NCBI GenBank assembly: GCA_002189035.1 | Contig: NEEC01000015.1 | Coordinates: 434,001-498,000, forward strand | Length of the DNA stretch: 64,000 nt | Reading direction: 5' to 3' | From: Utricularia gibba | Lineage: Eukaryota > Plantae > Magnoliophyta | In this document: positions 14,977-29,068 of the stretch, piece after piece | Layout: each line of letters starts with the position of its first letter | How positions within the stretch are numbered: the first letter of the stretch is position 1 | Position numbers and translations under genes: made by a program | Notes under the pieces: model-generated | Told to the model about the DNA's origin: nothing | What the model saw: the letters and a program-made list of their open reading frames with translations, nothing else | The model's database searches: none

Positions 14977-16177
14977 ATGGCGTCCTTCGGCGAGGCACCG
15001 CCGGGAGATCTCAAGTCCGGCGAGAAGATCTTCAAGACCAAGTGCGCACAGTGCCACACTGTCGACAAAGGCGCGGGCCATAAACAAGGTGCGATTACTC
15101 TTTCTATCAGGTCGATTCTTTTGTCGGTTTCCGTGTTTTTTTTTACATCTTATTGTTTGTGTGTTCGTGTTAATTCTCATTTTTTACATCTGGATCGCGT
15201 TTTGGTTTACGGGTTTTCGATCAAACGACCAAAACTCCACTTAATTGATTGGGACTATGCTTTAATTTTTCATCTCATATTTTCTGGATGGTATTTTTTT
15301 GTATGGACTACCTTTTTGAGTAGTCTGTGGAACATATGGATTCAAAATTCAATTCTTATTATTTTGAGTTGCACTTCAATTTTTGCAAGTTTCATGCCTC
15401 GAAAATCTGCAGGTCCAAACTTGAATGGCCTTTTTGGGAGGCAATCTGGCACCACGCCAGGTTACTCTTACTCTGCTGCAAACAAGAACATGGCTGTGAT
15501 ATGGGAAGAGAAGGCACTCTACGACTACCTGCTTAATCCAAAGAAGGTAAACACATGAGGATTCGTATTCGAATCCATTGAATCAATATTTTGACATATA
15601 CATACCAACTCAAGCAAGCTAACTCATTTTGCATCACCTAAGTATATTAAGCTTCATCCTACATAGCGTTCAGTAGGACTTGCTCCTTCTTAGTTAGCCA
15701 ACCGTTAAACTAAATGCTTCACAGACAACAGCAATGTATTTGGTCTTTGTTTTCTTTTCTAGTCTGCTGTTATGTAATGCCAAAATATTGCCTTTTTGGG
15801 AATTAGCATGGATGACTGAATACACTAGCCCAAATTGAAGAGGTCTAAACCTGCCTTCCTACTTGCCTATGGACATGGGAGTCTTATGCCGTAAGGCGTG
15901 GTGCAGGCTACTTACTGAACTTGATCACAGATTTTCACCAAATTGGGTAGACTCTTTGGTAGAATCTGCATGAACTCCAAGTCAATTTTGGCATGTAAAA
16001 TCTGCTTTAGTTATCGCCGAATGTGCAAGTGGAGTAGCAAATTGTGCACCATTATCTGTAACGCTTGTTTTTGTGTAAATGCAGTACATTCCAGGTACTA
16101 AGATGGTGTTTCCCGGACTGAAGAAACCTCAAGAGCGTGCGGATTTGATCGCTTATCTCAAGAATGCCACTGCTTGA
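14977..16177 (+). CDS. CYTC: Mitochondrial cytochrome c; exons 14977-15088, 15413-15546, 16085-16177; 112 aa
   Basis: CAQCH heme motif, [38 protein letters not shown]; exon lengths sum to 339 nt in frame. Confidence 0.97.
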
Positions 16178-17015
16178 AGCTTCCATGATCTTCCCACATC
16201 GAATAAGTACATCCATTTTCAACAGGATACGGCATTTTCATTGAAATGATTCAGACTTGAGTGCCAGTTTCTTAATCGTTGAATCAATTGTGTACTGCTG
16301 TTAGTTTCAATAAGTCCAAGGAAACCTGTTTGTGTGTGGATTATAGATGATCATCAACATGATCACACGTTACTTCCATCATGTTCTTTTTGAACGCAAA
16401 TATTTTGATGAAACCAAATAAAAATCGGATTTTTATGCATGTCATCTGTTGCAAAGATTGGACTTTTTAGTGCCCCTCAATCATTCACCACGAGGGACCG
16501 TTCGCATTTGTTGACTTGAAAGCAGAGCAACATCTCATTTTGTGATGATCCCAGATTTCGTTTGGTGGTCACAGTGAAGTACGGTTGACGGCACTTGACT
16601 TTTTATGGTATCAATAACTTGGTCTCGACCATAGATTCCGATATTTAAGTCCCTGGATTTGATGTTGGCGCTTTTTCCGCAAATAATTGGCAATTGCTGT
16701 CAGAAGGTAAACCGTATCAATTTCAAATGCGACGTGGGCGGTGGGAGGGGAGCCCGTTACTGTTAGTGGTCAAGTTTTCGGGGAAGTTTCGTAAGGGATT
16801 TTAGGGAGGGATAAGGAGGAAGAAAGTAATACCTTATTGGCTTCAGTGGCTTTGTATTTATTCTTTGCCTTTTCCTGCTGGTAAAGCGTCGTTATCGTTT
16901 CTGGGTTCTTCTCAAAAGTGGGTGTCTTGGAAGACGGAATCATTTTTCTGGTCGTGTACGGAGCATCAAAATATCTGGGACTTTTTCGGGCTCCTCGTTT
17001 TCATGTCCTCGAGAG

Positions 17016-19674
17016 ATGAAGGCTGATAATACCGTAACTACTTCCTGCTCTGTCTCTCGATATACACGATCCCATGTTGTCTTTTCAGCTTTACTGATGT
17101 CTTCTTTTGTCTGCTATGAGACAAGTCCAAGTTTTTCTGGTTTTGGGTTCGCGATAATTTACTGATTCCCCCTGAAAAACTTGTCTTTACTCTTTGATGA
17201 TTCGGAAAATTCTCTTTATGAACTCGAACAAGAGGAGCACAGGGAATGTTGCTGATTCCTTTAGCTGGGAACTTTGTTTGGCCTAAAAAAAAAAATCATA
17301 TTCCGTTGTTAATGCATTTAATGATGTTTTCTTCTGCACATGGTTTACCTCTTCCAGTTTCAGGTTGCTCACTGGTCGGATCATAAAAGCAGATCATGTC
17401 TGTGTACCATTTTTGCCACCGTCAGTTTGATTTGTGGTGTTCTCTTTGCTGGTGGTGCATGGTTCAGGGCAAACACTAATCTCACCTCTGATATTTTCAA
17501 GGCAAACACTCGGATATTTTCTTTATTTGAATATTACATTTGGTATGTAAAAGCAGCAAGACAATTGAATAGATTCTTGCTGCTTCTTGATGGCCTCAAT
17601 CTCCTTTTTTTTTTTGTCATACTTTTTGACATTAATCCATGTGTAAAATATAGCTGTCACCTGAAATTGGAATGAAGACAATTCAACAACCTACGGATTC
17701 CAGCAAATGCAAGGTGTAACTCTCCATTGCCAAAATGAACTTTCACTCTGATGTTTCCTTACTTTCATTTTCTGAATGCTTTGAGTTTCTATTCAGGAGA
17801 AGTGCAGGCCCATTGGCTCTGAACCTTTGCCTGAAGGAATTGTTGCTCGGACATCTGATCTTGAAATGCATCCCCTGTGGGGAAACATTTCCAATGACGT
17901 ACAGGTACAGATAGTAAAATTTTGACCATGTTTCTTGGAATTATGACTCACATTGCATGTTTCTCTCAACTGGAAAAAGCTGAAAGCTTCTGTAGGACTC
18001 TTGGCAATTTCAGTTGGGATAAGCCAGAAGATTTTGGTTGATAAAATAGTAACAAAGGTACATGATCATCACCATTCCATCTCTTTAAGCACCAATTATG
18101 ACCAGTAGGCCAATCTGGTGGCAGTTTCTAGGACACAATTTTGCTGTGATGCTTTTTCACTACGATGGAATAGTGGATCAATGGCATGATTTACAATGGA
18201 GTTCGCAAGTCATTCATGTTTCCGCAATGAACCAAACAAAATGGTTAGTTATGCTCTTACATCTCTTTTATTGGAGGATGATGAAACAATCTGCTGTTTT
18301 TTCAACTGGTGTCCTCCTCTTGTGTGTTTGAAATTTAATGCAACAGGTGGTTTGCCAAGCGGTTTCTACATCCCAACATTGTTGCTGATTATGACTATAT
18401 TTTCTTATGGGATGAAGACCTTGGAGTCGAAAACTTCGATCCAGGACGGTATGAATTGCATTGTTATGCATATGCTTTTTCATCAACAGTGAACTTGAAC
18501 CAAGAGTGTCCTTCATCTTTTCAGGTATTTGTCCATTGTTAAGGAGGAAGGCCTAGAAATATCACAACCAGCTCTTGATCCTCTCAAGTCCGAGGTTCAT
18601 AACCCCATCACTGTAAGAAGGTCACGGTCCAAGGTCCACAGGTTAGAACATCACATGCTCCTTCTTCTCCCAGTTTTCAGAAAACTAAGAAAATGAGGTA
18701 TTTCTTGATGGAATTTTGGAATTCACAAGTTACAAACACTTCTGTCGATATGAATAGGCGTTACTACAAGTACAAAGGTGGTGCAAAGTGTTACGCCAAC
18801 AGCACAGCTCCTCCCTGCGTTGGGTGAGCAACCAGACCTGCTTATACTGAAACTGATGAGTTCCTCTTCACCTAGACATACTGAAGTTCTTGATTCTGCA
18901 CAGTTGGGTGGAAATGATGGCTCCCGTATTCTCCAGAGCATCATGGCGATGCGTTTGGCACATGATCCAGGTATCCTAAGCTGCAAGTTTTCCAGCACAT
19001 CTTGAGAAAACTGATGATGACATGATCCTTGTAGAATGATCTGGTCCATGCTTGGGGTCTGGATACCCTGCTTGGCTATTGCTCTCAGGCAAGTCATCTG
19101 GTCGTAGTTTAGTGTCCCTTTTCATCTACTATCTGGAAATGCATTGCGTCTACAGGGCGATCGGACTGCGAAAGTTGGCGTTGTCGACGAGCAATACATA
19201 GTTCACTTGGGCCTTCCCACCCTTGGTGGCACCTCTGGTTCTGATAAAAACAAGGTGAAAATGAAGCTCATCTCCTAACCTGCTCCGGCTCTTGGTTCAT
19301 CATTTCTTTGGTATGCAGCTTGTGCAGCCGTCTAGCAACTCTACGAACCCCTTCTCCGAATCGCCCTCGCCGGTTTGTGCAATTATCTGCTTCCTCTTGA
19401 GATGAAGCTGTGAGTCACATCGCAGAATTGAATGAATTGGGAATACGTGCAGGTGGCTGAGGCTGTGGAGTACGGAAGCGGCAACAGATCAGCTGTATGC
19501 TCATGCTTTGATCAGAGCATTGTGTTTGTGTGCGTCTGTGTTCTGTGATTTGCTCCTCCTGCTTTCCAGGTTCGGCGAAGATCTTACGACGAAATGATCG
19601 TTTTCCGACGGAGGTGGAAGCAGGCGGTTGATCAGGACCGGTGCTGGAGGGATCCCTTTGCAAAGGAACACTAG
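17016..19674 (+). CDS. DUF707-family type II membrane protein, many short exons; 5' exons uncertain
   Basis: Spliced reading gives EPLPEGIVARTSDLEMHPLWG, FHYDGIVDQW, WFAKRFLHP..YDYIFLWDEDLGVENF, LEISQPALDP, WVEMMAPVFSR, NDLVHAWGLD, VGVVDEQYIVH, RRRWKQAVDQDRCWRDPF (stop 19672-19674). Confidence 0.85.
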
Positions 19675-19740
19675 ACAGATGATGCCTCCTGCTGCTCTCT
19701 CCTGTGGCTCTTTATACACAGAAATGGAAGAAGAGTTTGT

Positions 19741-19756
19741 ATATATATATATATAT
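19741..19756. repeat. (AT)8 microsatellite
   Basis: Read directly from the sequence. Confidence 0.9.
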
Positions 19757-20157
19757 GCGTTAAGTGAGTGGGTTGTGCGTGAAATATAAAGGGCAAATTC
19801 GTCATTACACCACGAAAGATATTTTCTAAATTTTACTTTTTTTTATAATTTAACAAAAAGAGGAATTTACGGGTATTCAGAAATATGACAGCACTACATG
19901 ACAGATCTGATCACCCTCAACGTATTTCTTTTAATACTTCAAAAGAGCTGTGATAAATACATGTGCTTTTTTTTTTTTTATTTGAAAATCTTCAAAATCT
20001 ACTACAAGTTGTGATAAAGATCAAGCAATGGATGCTTGCTTTTCAGTGACTGATGAGCAAAGAATGCACATACCACAGCTAATTTAAACCCGTGCTTCAA
20101 ATTAAAAAGAGTTAACACAGAAACAAACGTGTACGGAGGCAAGTATATTGAATGCAG

Positions 20158-22905
20158 TTAGGCATAGTAATTCAGGCTTGCTTTCTTCTTGGCTTGTACT
20201 TGTATGATGCCTTCGTTGAAATCTTCATGGTTCACCTGGGGAGATTAAACACAAAAGGTTAGGTTTTTGAACAGCCTGTCTGTGTGTGTGTGTTTTGCAG
20301 GAAAAGAGAGAGACCTCTGTGGCGTCACGTCGAAGTGCCAACATGCCAGCTTCTACACAAACAGCTTTAAGTTGGGCACCATTGAAGTCATCTGTTGAGC
20401 GAGCAAGCTCCTCAAAGTTGACATCAGGATGAACATTCATCTTCCGAGAGTGGATCTAGGGTTGAAAAGTAAAAGGGAAAACAAAGGTAATTCTAGATGC
20501 CTTCAAGATGAAAAGTCAAGGATTTGGAGATAAGGGAAGTAGCCCGATTGAAGCATCAAGGCATCACTAAATACTCCATCTTACCTGCAAAATGCGAGCC
20601 CTGGCTTCCTCAGTGGGATGGGGGAATTCGATTTTACGATCCAGACGGCCAGATCGCATTAAGGCAGGGTCTAAGATATCAGCACGATTAGTAGCTGCTA
20701 TCACCTGAAGTATTTAGCAAAAATCCCAAAAGAGCAAAATCAAACGACATATTTACTACACGGATTAACAAAAAACTGAATTTGACACTGCTAGGTATCA
20801 GTAAGCCTGTACAATAAATACACCGAAAACAGAGATAGAGGAGCAAATAAGAACCTTTATAGTTTCATCGCTGCTGAAACCATCAAGTTGATTAAGCAAT
20901 TCCAACATGGTTCTTTGCACCTCCCTGTCACCACTAACTTCACTGCAAGTATCAGAAAATTGTGAATCAAATAAGAATAAAGAGGAATTGCCATCAACAG
21001 ATGAGTCCTAAGTGACTACATCAGAAGCTTGTAAACATTTGAAACCAACAATAGGAATCATGGATGTAGGAGGCAGTTACCTATCAAAACGTTTGGTACC
21101 AATGGCGTCAATCTCATCAATGAAGATGATGCATGGAGATTTCTCTTTGGCGAGTTGAAATGCATCACGGACAAGTTTGGCTCCATCTCCAATGAACATC
21201 TACGAATTATTATGAAATTTGAGTAACCACAGAAAAATGATAAGCATAAATAAACCATTTTTCCTTGGCCTAAAGAACAAGAAGAAATCAATATAACAAT
21301 ACGTTGGATTTGCAAGACACCCAAAAGAAAAACTTCAGAGTAGGTCTCCTAGAGAATTGAATTATCCTGCATTAGTGTATGATGGGATATGCTTGCAGCG
21401 AATATATCAGGAGATGGTTAGGTACAGCCTAACAGTAAAACAAAGTATGATACGATGTCATCTATACCTGAACAAGTTGAGGACCAGCCAATTTCAGAAA
21501 GGTTGCATTAGTTTGTGCAGCACAGGCACGCGCCATAAGAGTCTTCCCTGTTCCTGGAGGACCATACAAGAGAACGCCTTTTGGTGGGCGAATTCCAAGT
21601 TTCTGAAATCTTTCCTTGTGCGTCATTGGCAAAACAATTGCCTCGACTAACTCTTGAATCTGCGATGGGATAATAAAAAATGTATACAAAAGCCTTATAC
21701 TGCATCTAATAAATCTGTTGAAACAAGACAAACATGCCTGTTTCTCCAGGCCTCCAATATCATTGTAGTCTTCAGTTGGTTTCTCATCAACCTCCATGGC
21801 CTTTACACGAGAGTCATACTCAGATGGGAGCGTGTCTAATATGAGATAACTGTCCTTATTCACCCCAACAAGATCACCCGGCTTCAACTTATCAGGGTCA
21901 ACCAGGCCAACAACCGGAAGGAAAATTGTCTACAAATGCAGTATAAAGAGTTCACAACACTATAAAAGAGAACCTTCAAATAAGAAGCAAAAAGTACCTA
22001 AATCCTTAAAAAAACGATTTCATTATGATATATCAAACAAGAAAACCTAATCAAAGAGAAATATTACACACCTGACGTGTGCTTGTTTTGAGCACTACAC
22101 ATTTACCCTTCCTTTGTGAGTCAAGGTCAATGTTTGCACCATCCTCTTCAGCCTCTTCCTCAGGGTTCATTTCAAGTATCTGATGAAAGAATATAGACAA
22201 ATATACTGGTATGAGGAAGTGCTTCTCTTGGTAAAATAACGATTTCACACACACAAAACTACCAGAACATAAGGTGAGCATGCATTGGCTAAAGTCCAGC
22301 ATCATCATGTGAACCTCAAGTAGCATTTAACCAAAAAATGTTTTATCGGAGGAAAAACCATCTAAATGAGGATCGTAAATCTACGCATCAAGAAATCAAT
22401 ACAACTACAGACTAAAACTTATGTTCGACCACCCAGTTTAAACTTAAGAGACTAAAATTAAGGCTTCCATCGAACCCTAATGTTCTTCACAGGTCCGAAA
22501 AAACAGCACTTTAAGAAACCGTAAGATAAAAAAAAAAAAAGAAATGCACTATTCAAATATGGGTACCTCAACAATATTGCCAACCAAGTAAGGCAGCTGC
22601 TTGTTCAGCTTGATTTTTTCTTGGTTCTCTTTCGTCTTCTCCTTGAACGACTCAAGCTCCAGGTTCGTACGCTGCAGCTCTTCCTACAAGACAAAGAGAA
22701 TAAAAAAAGATTCAATTATCAGTTGAAAAAAAACATAAAATCGACCAAAACCCTCCCCCAAGATCAGCAAAATTTTAGACGGGCATGGGACCTTCAGAAT
22801 TCGAATTTCATTATCAAGAAGGCGAGAGGCCCGCTGAATGTCCTCAGTCGTCATTGACGAAAGCTGATCATCCTCAAAGTTGTCTTCTGCCATCGGCGTC
22901 GCCAT
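20158..22905 (-). CDS. RPT5: 26S proteasome regulatory AAA-ATPase subunit 6A (RPT5), multi-exon
   Basis: [15 protein letters not shown], Walker A GPPGTGKT, Walker [46 protein letters not shown]-terminal [10 protein letters not shown]. Confidence 0.96.
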
Positions 22906-23014
22906 TTTCAGCCGCTCCTAGTGTCAGATTGTGCAGGAAGGGGAGATCTCAACACCGCACAGCAGATTCGTGGAAGGAAACTGCCCCTTCTTCCTCCCTT
23001 GTTCCTCAAGCAAG

Positions 23015-23061
23015 CTTTATATGGGCCTTAACAAAATGAGCCACAGCACAATTAAGGCCCA
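23015..23061 (-). promoter_or_regulatory. RPT5 core promoter: TATA-like element plus two site II motifs
   Basis: TGGGCC 23022-23027, GGCCCA 23056-23061 and ATATAAAG on the minus strand, about 115 bp above the ATG. Confidence 0.55.
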
Positions 23062-23489
23062 ATAAGTTTATTTCCTTTATAATAATTATAATAAAATTTG
23101 GCAAATTCAATCCATAAATTTTGAATTGAACCTTTTTTATATTATTTTTAATCAGATTGAATCCATTTTAAAAAAAATTACAATATATCAAGTTAATTAT
23201 TTAAATTTAAAAAAATATAATTTTTTTATAAAAATTATTGAATCGAATCTAGAGAGTTATAGATTCACATTAAATGACCAAACTTCCAATTCCATCCCAC
23301 ATTTTAGAAGCAATACTGTAACGACGCCGTTTTGTGGCTAATGATATTGAAGACCGAAAAATATATATAAATATACAATATTTCATATTTTCGATATTGA
23401 AATAAAAAAGACAAGAAAAATGTTTCACATTGTTGGAAGAACCAAGGCAGCTGAGAAATACAAAAATGGGTGGAAGGAAGCAGCTGCTG

Positions 23490-26400
23490 TCATCTGCTGT
23501 GCTTTGTGGCTCTTCCTGCTTTCCCACATTCTCCAAAACATGAAATCTGGCTGCACTTGCTCTTCTCCCCCTGCAGTTGTGCACTTAAAAAGGATTCCAA
23601 AGGACCCAACCCGGGTTGCATTTCAGAGTGCGCTAATTCCTTACCTTGACTCGCGGATGAGCTCTCCTTCTGTTCCAGCAGAATAGTCGACCGCAACCAG
23701 GTGCCTTTGCTGATCCTGATTCATATTCCCTGCAGACACGATGTTCTCTCAATGGCATGCATCAGGTATTTGCTTGTTTGTGTGGAAAAGAGAGAATGAT
23801 GCTTACATGCTGTCCAAGCTGAGACTGCTCATAAAGCCGCCGTTGAGCGGGCGGCATTTGCTTCTATGGAGTTTCTGCTCCTTTTGGTTCATCATGGCTT
23901 TGATCTCTTGATTCAACTCATCTTCCCATTTCGGGAGGGGGCATCTGAGCTCACTGAATCTGCTCCATTTGTGGATGGATACTCATTGTCCTGAGGCAAG
24001 ACCTGGTTCCGTTCAGGCCTGACACGGGCTGGTGTGCTCTTCCCCGTTGCCTGCATTTCCATTCTCTGGTCATGGATGATGGACTCGATTCGCTCATCTG
24101 GAAGGCTGGGCTTGCTATTCTGTGGAGTGGCCATCCGGGAATCCCCTGAAAACGGACCCCGGTTCTCCACTGGATTGAAACATCTACCACCGGATGCTCT
24201 TGATGGTTCCAGGACAAGAGATTCAGGCAAGAGGATGATCTTAACCTCCACATGTTGCTGCAGAACGGCTTCCAAAGAATTTGTGATACTGCTGATGAAA
24301 CCTTCAGCTCTGGTTCTGATGTTCCGGTCAGAAAATGCGATATGCACGAGAAGACCACCTGCATGATAATAAGAAAATGTGCGTGAAACCATCAAGGCAA
24401 AAAGTTCTTAAAGATTTTTAAGATAAGAAAAAGCATAGAGATTAGAAGTTGTGAATGAGTGTTTTACCTTTGATGTCAGATATGGACACAAGCCTTCCAT
24501 TTGCATAAAGAAGTTGTCTCAGTGTATTTGAACGGCACTTTTCAATGCAGCAATTCCAAATGTTATTCAACATCTTCGAGTCCATGCATTTGAAGGCCAG
24601 TCTTCCATCTGCCGGAGCAGTTGTTTCTTCAACACTATCGGTAGCCTTAGTTGAACCATCTTTGCCGGCGAAATCCCGGGGAGCTGATGCCGGTTGTGGA
24701 GAAGCTGAATTTCCAGTGATCAAATGAGCATCAGATTTTCTGCTCAAAGGGGTAACTTGTCCTAGCGTACAGCTCTGGTCCTCTCTGATCACCTTTGAGC
24801 TCGGCCTTCGACTGCTCCCTGAATGGCTTAGGTCTGATGCAGACAGAGAACCCAAATGCAAAAGGGTCGCCTTGAACCAAGTTGAGCGCTCAGCTGAACC
24901 TCTGAGATGCTTTTCCGCATCACAGAGAATGGCTAATGCCTGCTTCAGCCTGGCTACTTCTCGTTCTGTCACTGAAACAAATCCAAAACAGCTTAGATGG
25001 GACTGCAGTACTTGCTTAAATGCAGACAGTTAGGCCACTTACAGCTTCGCCTATTTGAGAAAGAATCAAACTTTCCTCCCACACCAGCATGAGTCCCAGC
25101 AATCATGTCTACAATAAGGGTTGCCATCTGAGACATGAGAACGATCGGATCGACGCCCAAGTCCAGCAACTCACGAGCTCGGATCACGGTTTCTGTGGTG
25201 TTAGATGACATTGCAAGCTCTAGCAGTTCCAGTAGCTTTTCATCAGAGACACCACCCATCTGCATGATATGGCCAGCCACATAGTATGTAAGCATACCAG
25301 GAGACATCATTTAATCTAATGCAGGGATGATATCAGAAGAGAGGAAATACTCACAAGATCATTGACTAAGGATATGGTGATTCTCTTTCCCAACAAACTC
25401 AACTGATCTAGCATGGTTTCGGCATCACGAAGAGAACCATCTGCATTGGAAGCAATCAGCTCAAGCGCATCTGACTCTATGTCCAAGCTCTCACTGGTAG
25501 AAATCTTCATTAGACGAGCAATTATTTCACCAGTAGCAATTCTGCTGAAAAGATGCCTTTGACACCGGGAAAGTATGGTGTGTGGTATGCTCTCAGCATC
25601 TGTTGTAATGAAAATGAAAACAATATGGGGCAACGGTTTCTCAAGAAGCCGAAGAAATGACAGCCATGCCTTTGAAGGCAACAAATGGCATTCCTCAATA
25701 ACAAAAACCTTGAAATCTTTCAAAGCTGATGGATGGGTGCTCAAGAGACTTTTCAGGTGATTCTTCATGCAGCTGATTTCCTTTCGGTTGCATCCATCAA
25801 CTTCTAACAGGCAGCTGCTCTTACCAGATATGAAGTTATTGCATGCCTTGCAAACCCCACAAGGCTTTGCCTCTTCAATGGCAAGGCAATTTAGTGCAGC
25901 AGCAAATATTCTTGCTGTTGAAGATTTTCCAGTTCCACGAGGGCCATGGAAAAGATAAACTGGGGCGATTCTTCTTCTTGAAATCGCAGTCCTCAGAGAA
26001 TGAACAACTATATTCTGCCCAACGAGTTCATCGAAAAGAATAGGTCTGTATTTATGGCTCAGGGTTCTTGTACCTTCATCATTTTCATCATCTGGTTGAT
26101 CACAAAGAGCAAGTGGTTCAGACCCTTGTCGATTTCCACAAGCTGAAGGCAATCTTCTTCCATCCAACTGGCTCATTGCCTCCAGATGAAGCTCTCCAAG
26201 ACTCATCAAGCTTTCGTTGTCACTACTCCCACTATCCGATGATGCCACTCGATGCCTGTTGTCACCATTAGAAAGAAGCGGGACAAGACTTTGAACTAAT
26301 CCTCGAGAATTAAGTCTCCTGTTTGCAGAACTTAAAGATGAACAGTTATGCTGCTTTAGGCAGATAATGCTGCTTCCTTTCCTTTTCAAGATGTCAGACA

Positions 26401-27484
26401 GGGATGGTGAGCAGCAGCTCCCATACCCTGTTCTTGACTTCGGAGTTGACCTCTTCGACCAGCAGCAAGAAATCCCACATCCCTGTCGCTCTGGAAAATC
26501 CCATTGATCATCTACCTCATCATCAGCATCATTCAGAGATGCTGTTCCTGTATCCCACAACTCGATGCTAGGATTTGGAACTGCATTTTTGTGGTATGAG
26601 CTTGTGGAAAGCGCAGGGGTACTTAAAGAAGCGGAATCATCATCTTTCCCACGGCCCTTTATAAGCTTCACCGATGAATGTTTCCAGCCAGCATTCTTGA
26701 AACCAGCAAGAAATGGTGAAGATGCAGACTCCCTTTTCACATCTTCGAAGTTATCACAGTCCTCCTCACTCTCCCCCATTTGACAGACCAAATTCACAAA
26801 ATCGTCTCCTGGCAAACCTACACCAGACACGCCATCTGCATTGTGTTTTCCATATCTAAGATATACATTCTGCTTCCCGGATTTCAGATTCTGATTCTTC
26901 ACACGAACACCAGAAAAACTCCTCCTCGGTTTCTTCTTGATTGTTCTCCGCACTGACGGAGTAAAACTCGCTTCTCTACACTTCAAGATCATAGAAGCAT
27001 ATCTCTCACTGAACCAAGCATCACTCTTGCAATCATTTCCACCACCAAACCTCGCATCACTCAAGATATCTGCATCCATTTCTTCATCAGGAGCTGAAAA
27101 CAGCTCCTGCCCTTTGTTAATCTCACCATCATGTTCTTTCCCATTCTGCTTGCACCTTAAATCCCTATCCCAGTTACATAAGAAAATCCTCTTGTCTTTC
27201 TCCATCACATTCAGGTTTCCCTTTTCGCCAACTACAGTATCATCATTGTTATCAACTTGCTCTGTAATCCTAGAACCATAGCTACCGCCGCAATCATCGT
27301 ACCCACTCTTGAGACGTGGCCTGGAAACGGTTCTTGAAGAAAAAGGAGTCTGCATCAAGGAAGTACACGAAGTCCCAGGGTCTCTCAACACCCTCGCGGC
27401 CTTGCGAATTTGAGTGAGTTCTTTCTTCAGATGAAGGTTGCTTGGATAAATACCACCGCAAGAATCCTTGTTCACGGAACCCAT
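23490..27484 (-). CDS. STI: STICHEL-like protein (DNA pol III gamma/tau-like AAA+), multi-exon; one -1 frameshift at ~23937-23941
   Basis: LKKELTQIRKAARVLRDPGT, GCGISCCWSKR, KYRPILFDELVGQN, GPRGTGKS, zinc module C..KPCGVCKAC, SRC motif, DGSLRDAETML; C-terminal WEDELN and EYESGS..GCGRLFCW recovered after the frameshift and two more GT-AG introns. Confidence 0.9.
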
Positions 27485-29068
27485 TGCTTCAGAAACTCAG
27501 ACAACGCGGATCTGGAAAAGAAACAAAACCCAGAACGGCGTTTTCACTCCTACATTCCAATTGCAGAAAAAAAAAAAGACAATCTTCATTGTGCATTTCG
27601 AAAATGTTAAAACCCACCACACAGATCTGTCAAATTGTAATATCCGGCATTAATGACAAGGTGGGCTCTCGTCTATCTTCACCATGAATGCACGGACAGC
27701 TGCTTAACAGCTTGGTATCTAGACTGTTGAGTGGAAGGACAACGAATGGACATCACATAAACGAGAAGTAAACTCAACTGAACTCCACTCCCATCAACAT
27801 CTTCTCTACAAGAAAATGAATAGTAAAAGCTGTACCTTTCCTTCTGCGGAGCTCCCCCGGACAGCACTCGCCTTCGTGGGCCGCTTTATTGTCCGAGATT
27901 TGCTTCCTGATACCCAGTCCCATAACAAAATAAATAAGAAAAAACAAGTGGGATTCTTCCATTTGAGCTCTATGATTAACCTATCAACAACGAACTGCTT
28001 ACCTGTGAAGGCATGTGGCGTTCTGTGCTATGTTCTTAATAAAACAACAACAACAAAAGGTTCTTACACTACAACTCGATTTATTGTAAAGTTATTGCTA
28101 CTCACTCATCCAGTGTGAGAAGATGCTGAAACATATGGGATGCTTACAAATTAAGAAGCTATTCTTAAATGGGTAGGTCTGAATCATAGAGAGACAATTG
28201 ATTTCATGCTTTTGATCAAATCAAATCTTGGGTGATTCCATTTCCTTAAACGACAATCATCCAGTCGGATTGAGTTACAAAACCACTAAAAAAGCGTTAT
28301 TTTCTAGTGATTTCAGCTACGCCTTGCAGAATTGAAAAAGGGGTAAGGAATCACTACCGAACTTCGCTGCATTAAATGCAAGGTCATTCATATTCACACC
28401 ACGTCGCATATCGTTGGGAATTGGGATCAATCAGTGAATCAATCATTGATCTCCACCCTCCAAACCCATTAGCTACAAGCCCTCAGCAATTTAAATCATT
28501 GAAATTGGATCACAGATAGCTGTTCATGAGGTCCATGTATTGTTCAGTTAGTGTTCACTTCAACACAAACTACTGCACTAGTCTTGCTAGGGACAAGCTC
28601 TAGTGGTCCATACCACACTCACTCTTCAAGCTCATTAGATAGGAGTACTATGCAACTCAACAAACCAACCCCATTCAAAGGTTAAAAGATTGAATTCATC
28701 TCAAAGCTTTGCCATTTCTTTGAACTTACAAACATGGCTTTTGCCTTGTCCCTAACTGATGATGAACAAGGGATGTTTCTCAAGAAACCAATCTAGAAAC
28801 AGAACTGCACCTTAACTGTTAGCCTCTAAAGTTATAAAATTTATAGCAGCTTGCTTATCCATGAAACATGATGGATTAACTCTAGCATAACAGTTGGATT
28901 TAGTATATTTTGGTTCAGCACTTCGTGCTTTTTGGGCAATACACCGAAACAAAGATTTTGGACCTTTAGAGAAGAGTTGGTGTTCATGAACAATAGCATT
29001 AGTAATCCTGGACGGGTAAGAATTACCAACAACTGAAGCAGCTTATTGATCCATGTAACTTTGATGGA

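Noticed and set aside
14977-16177. Cytochrome c as a possible co-evolving partner of the altered COX1 reported in Utricularia
   Set aside because: The sequence is an ordinary plant cytochrome c with only minor substitutions; species identity is unproven.
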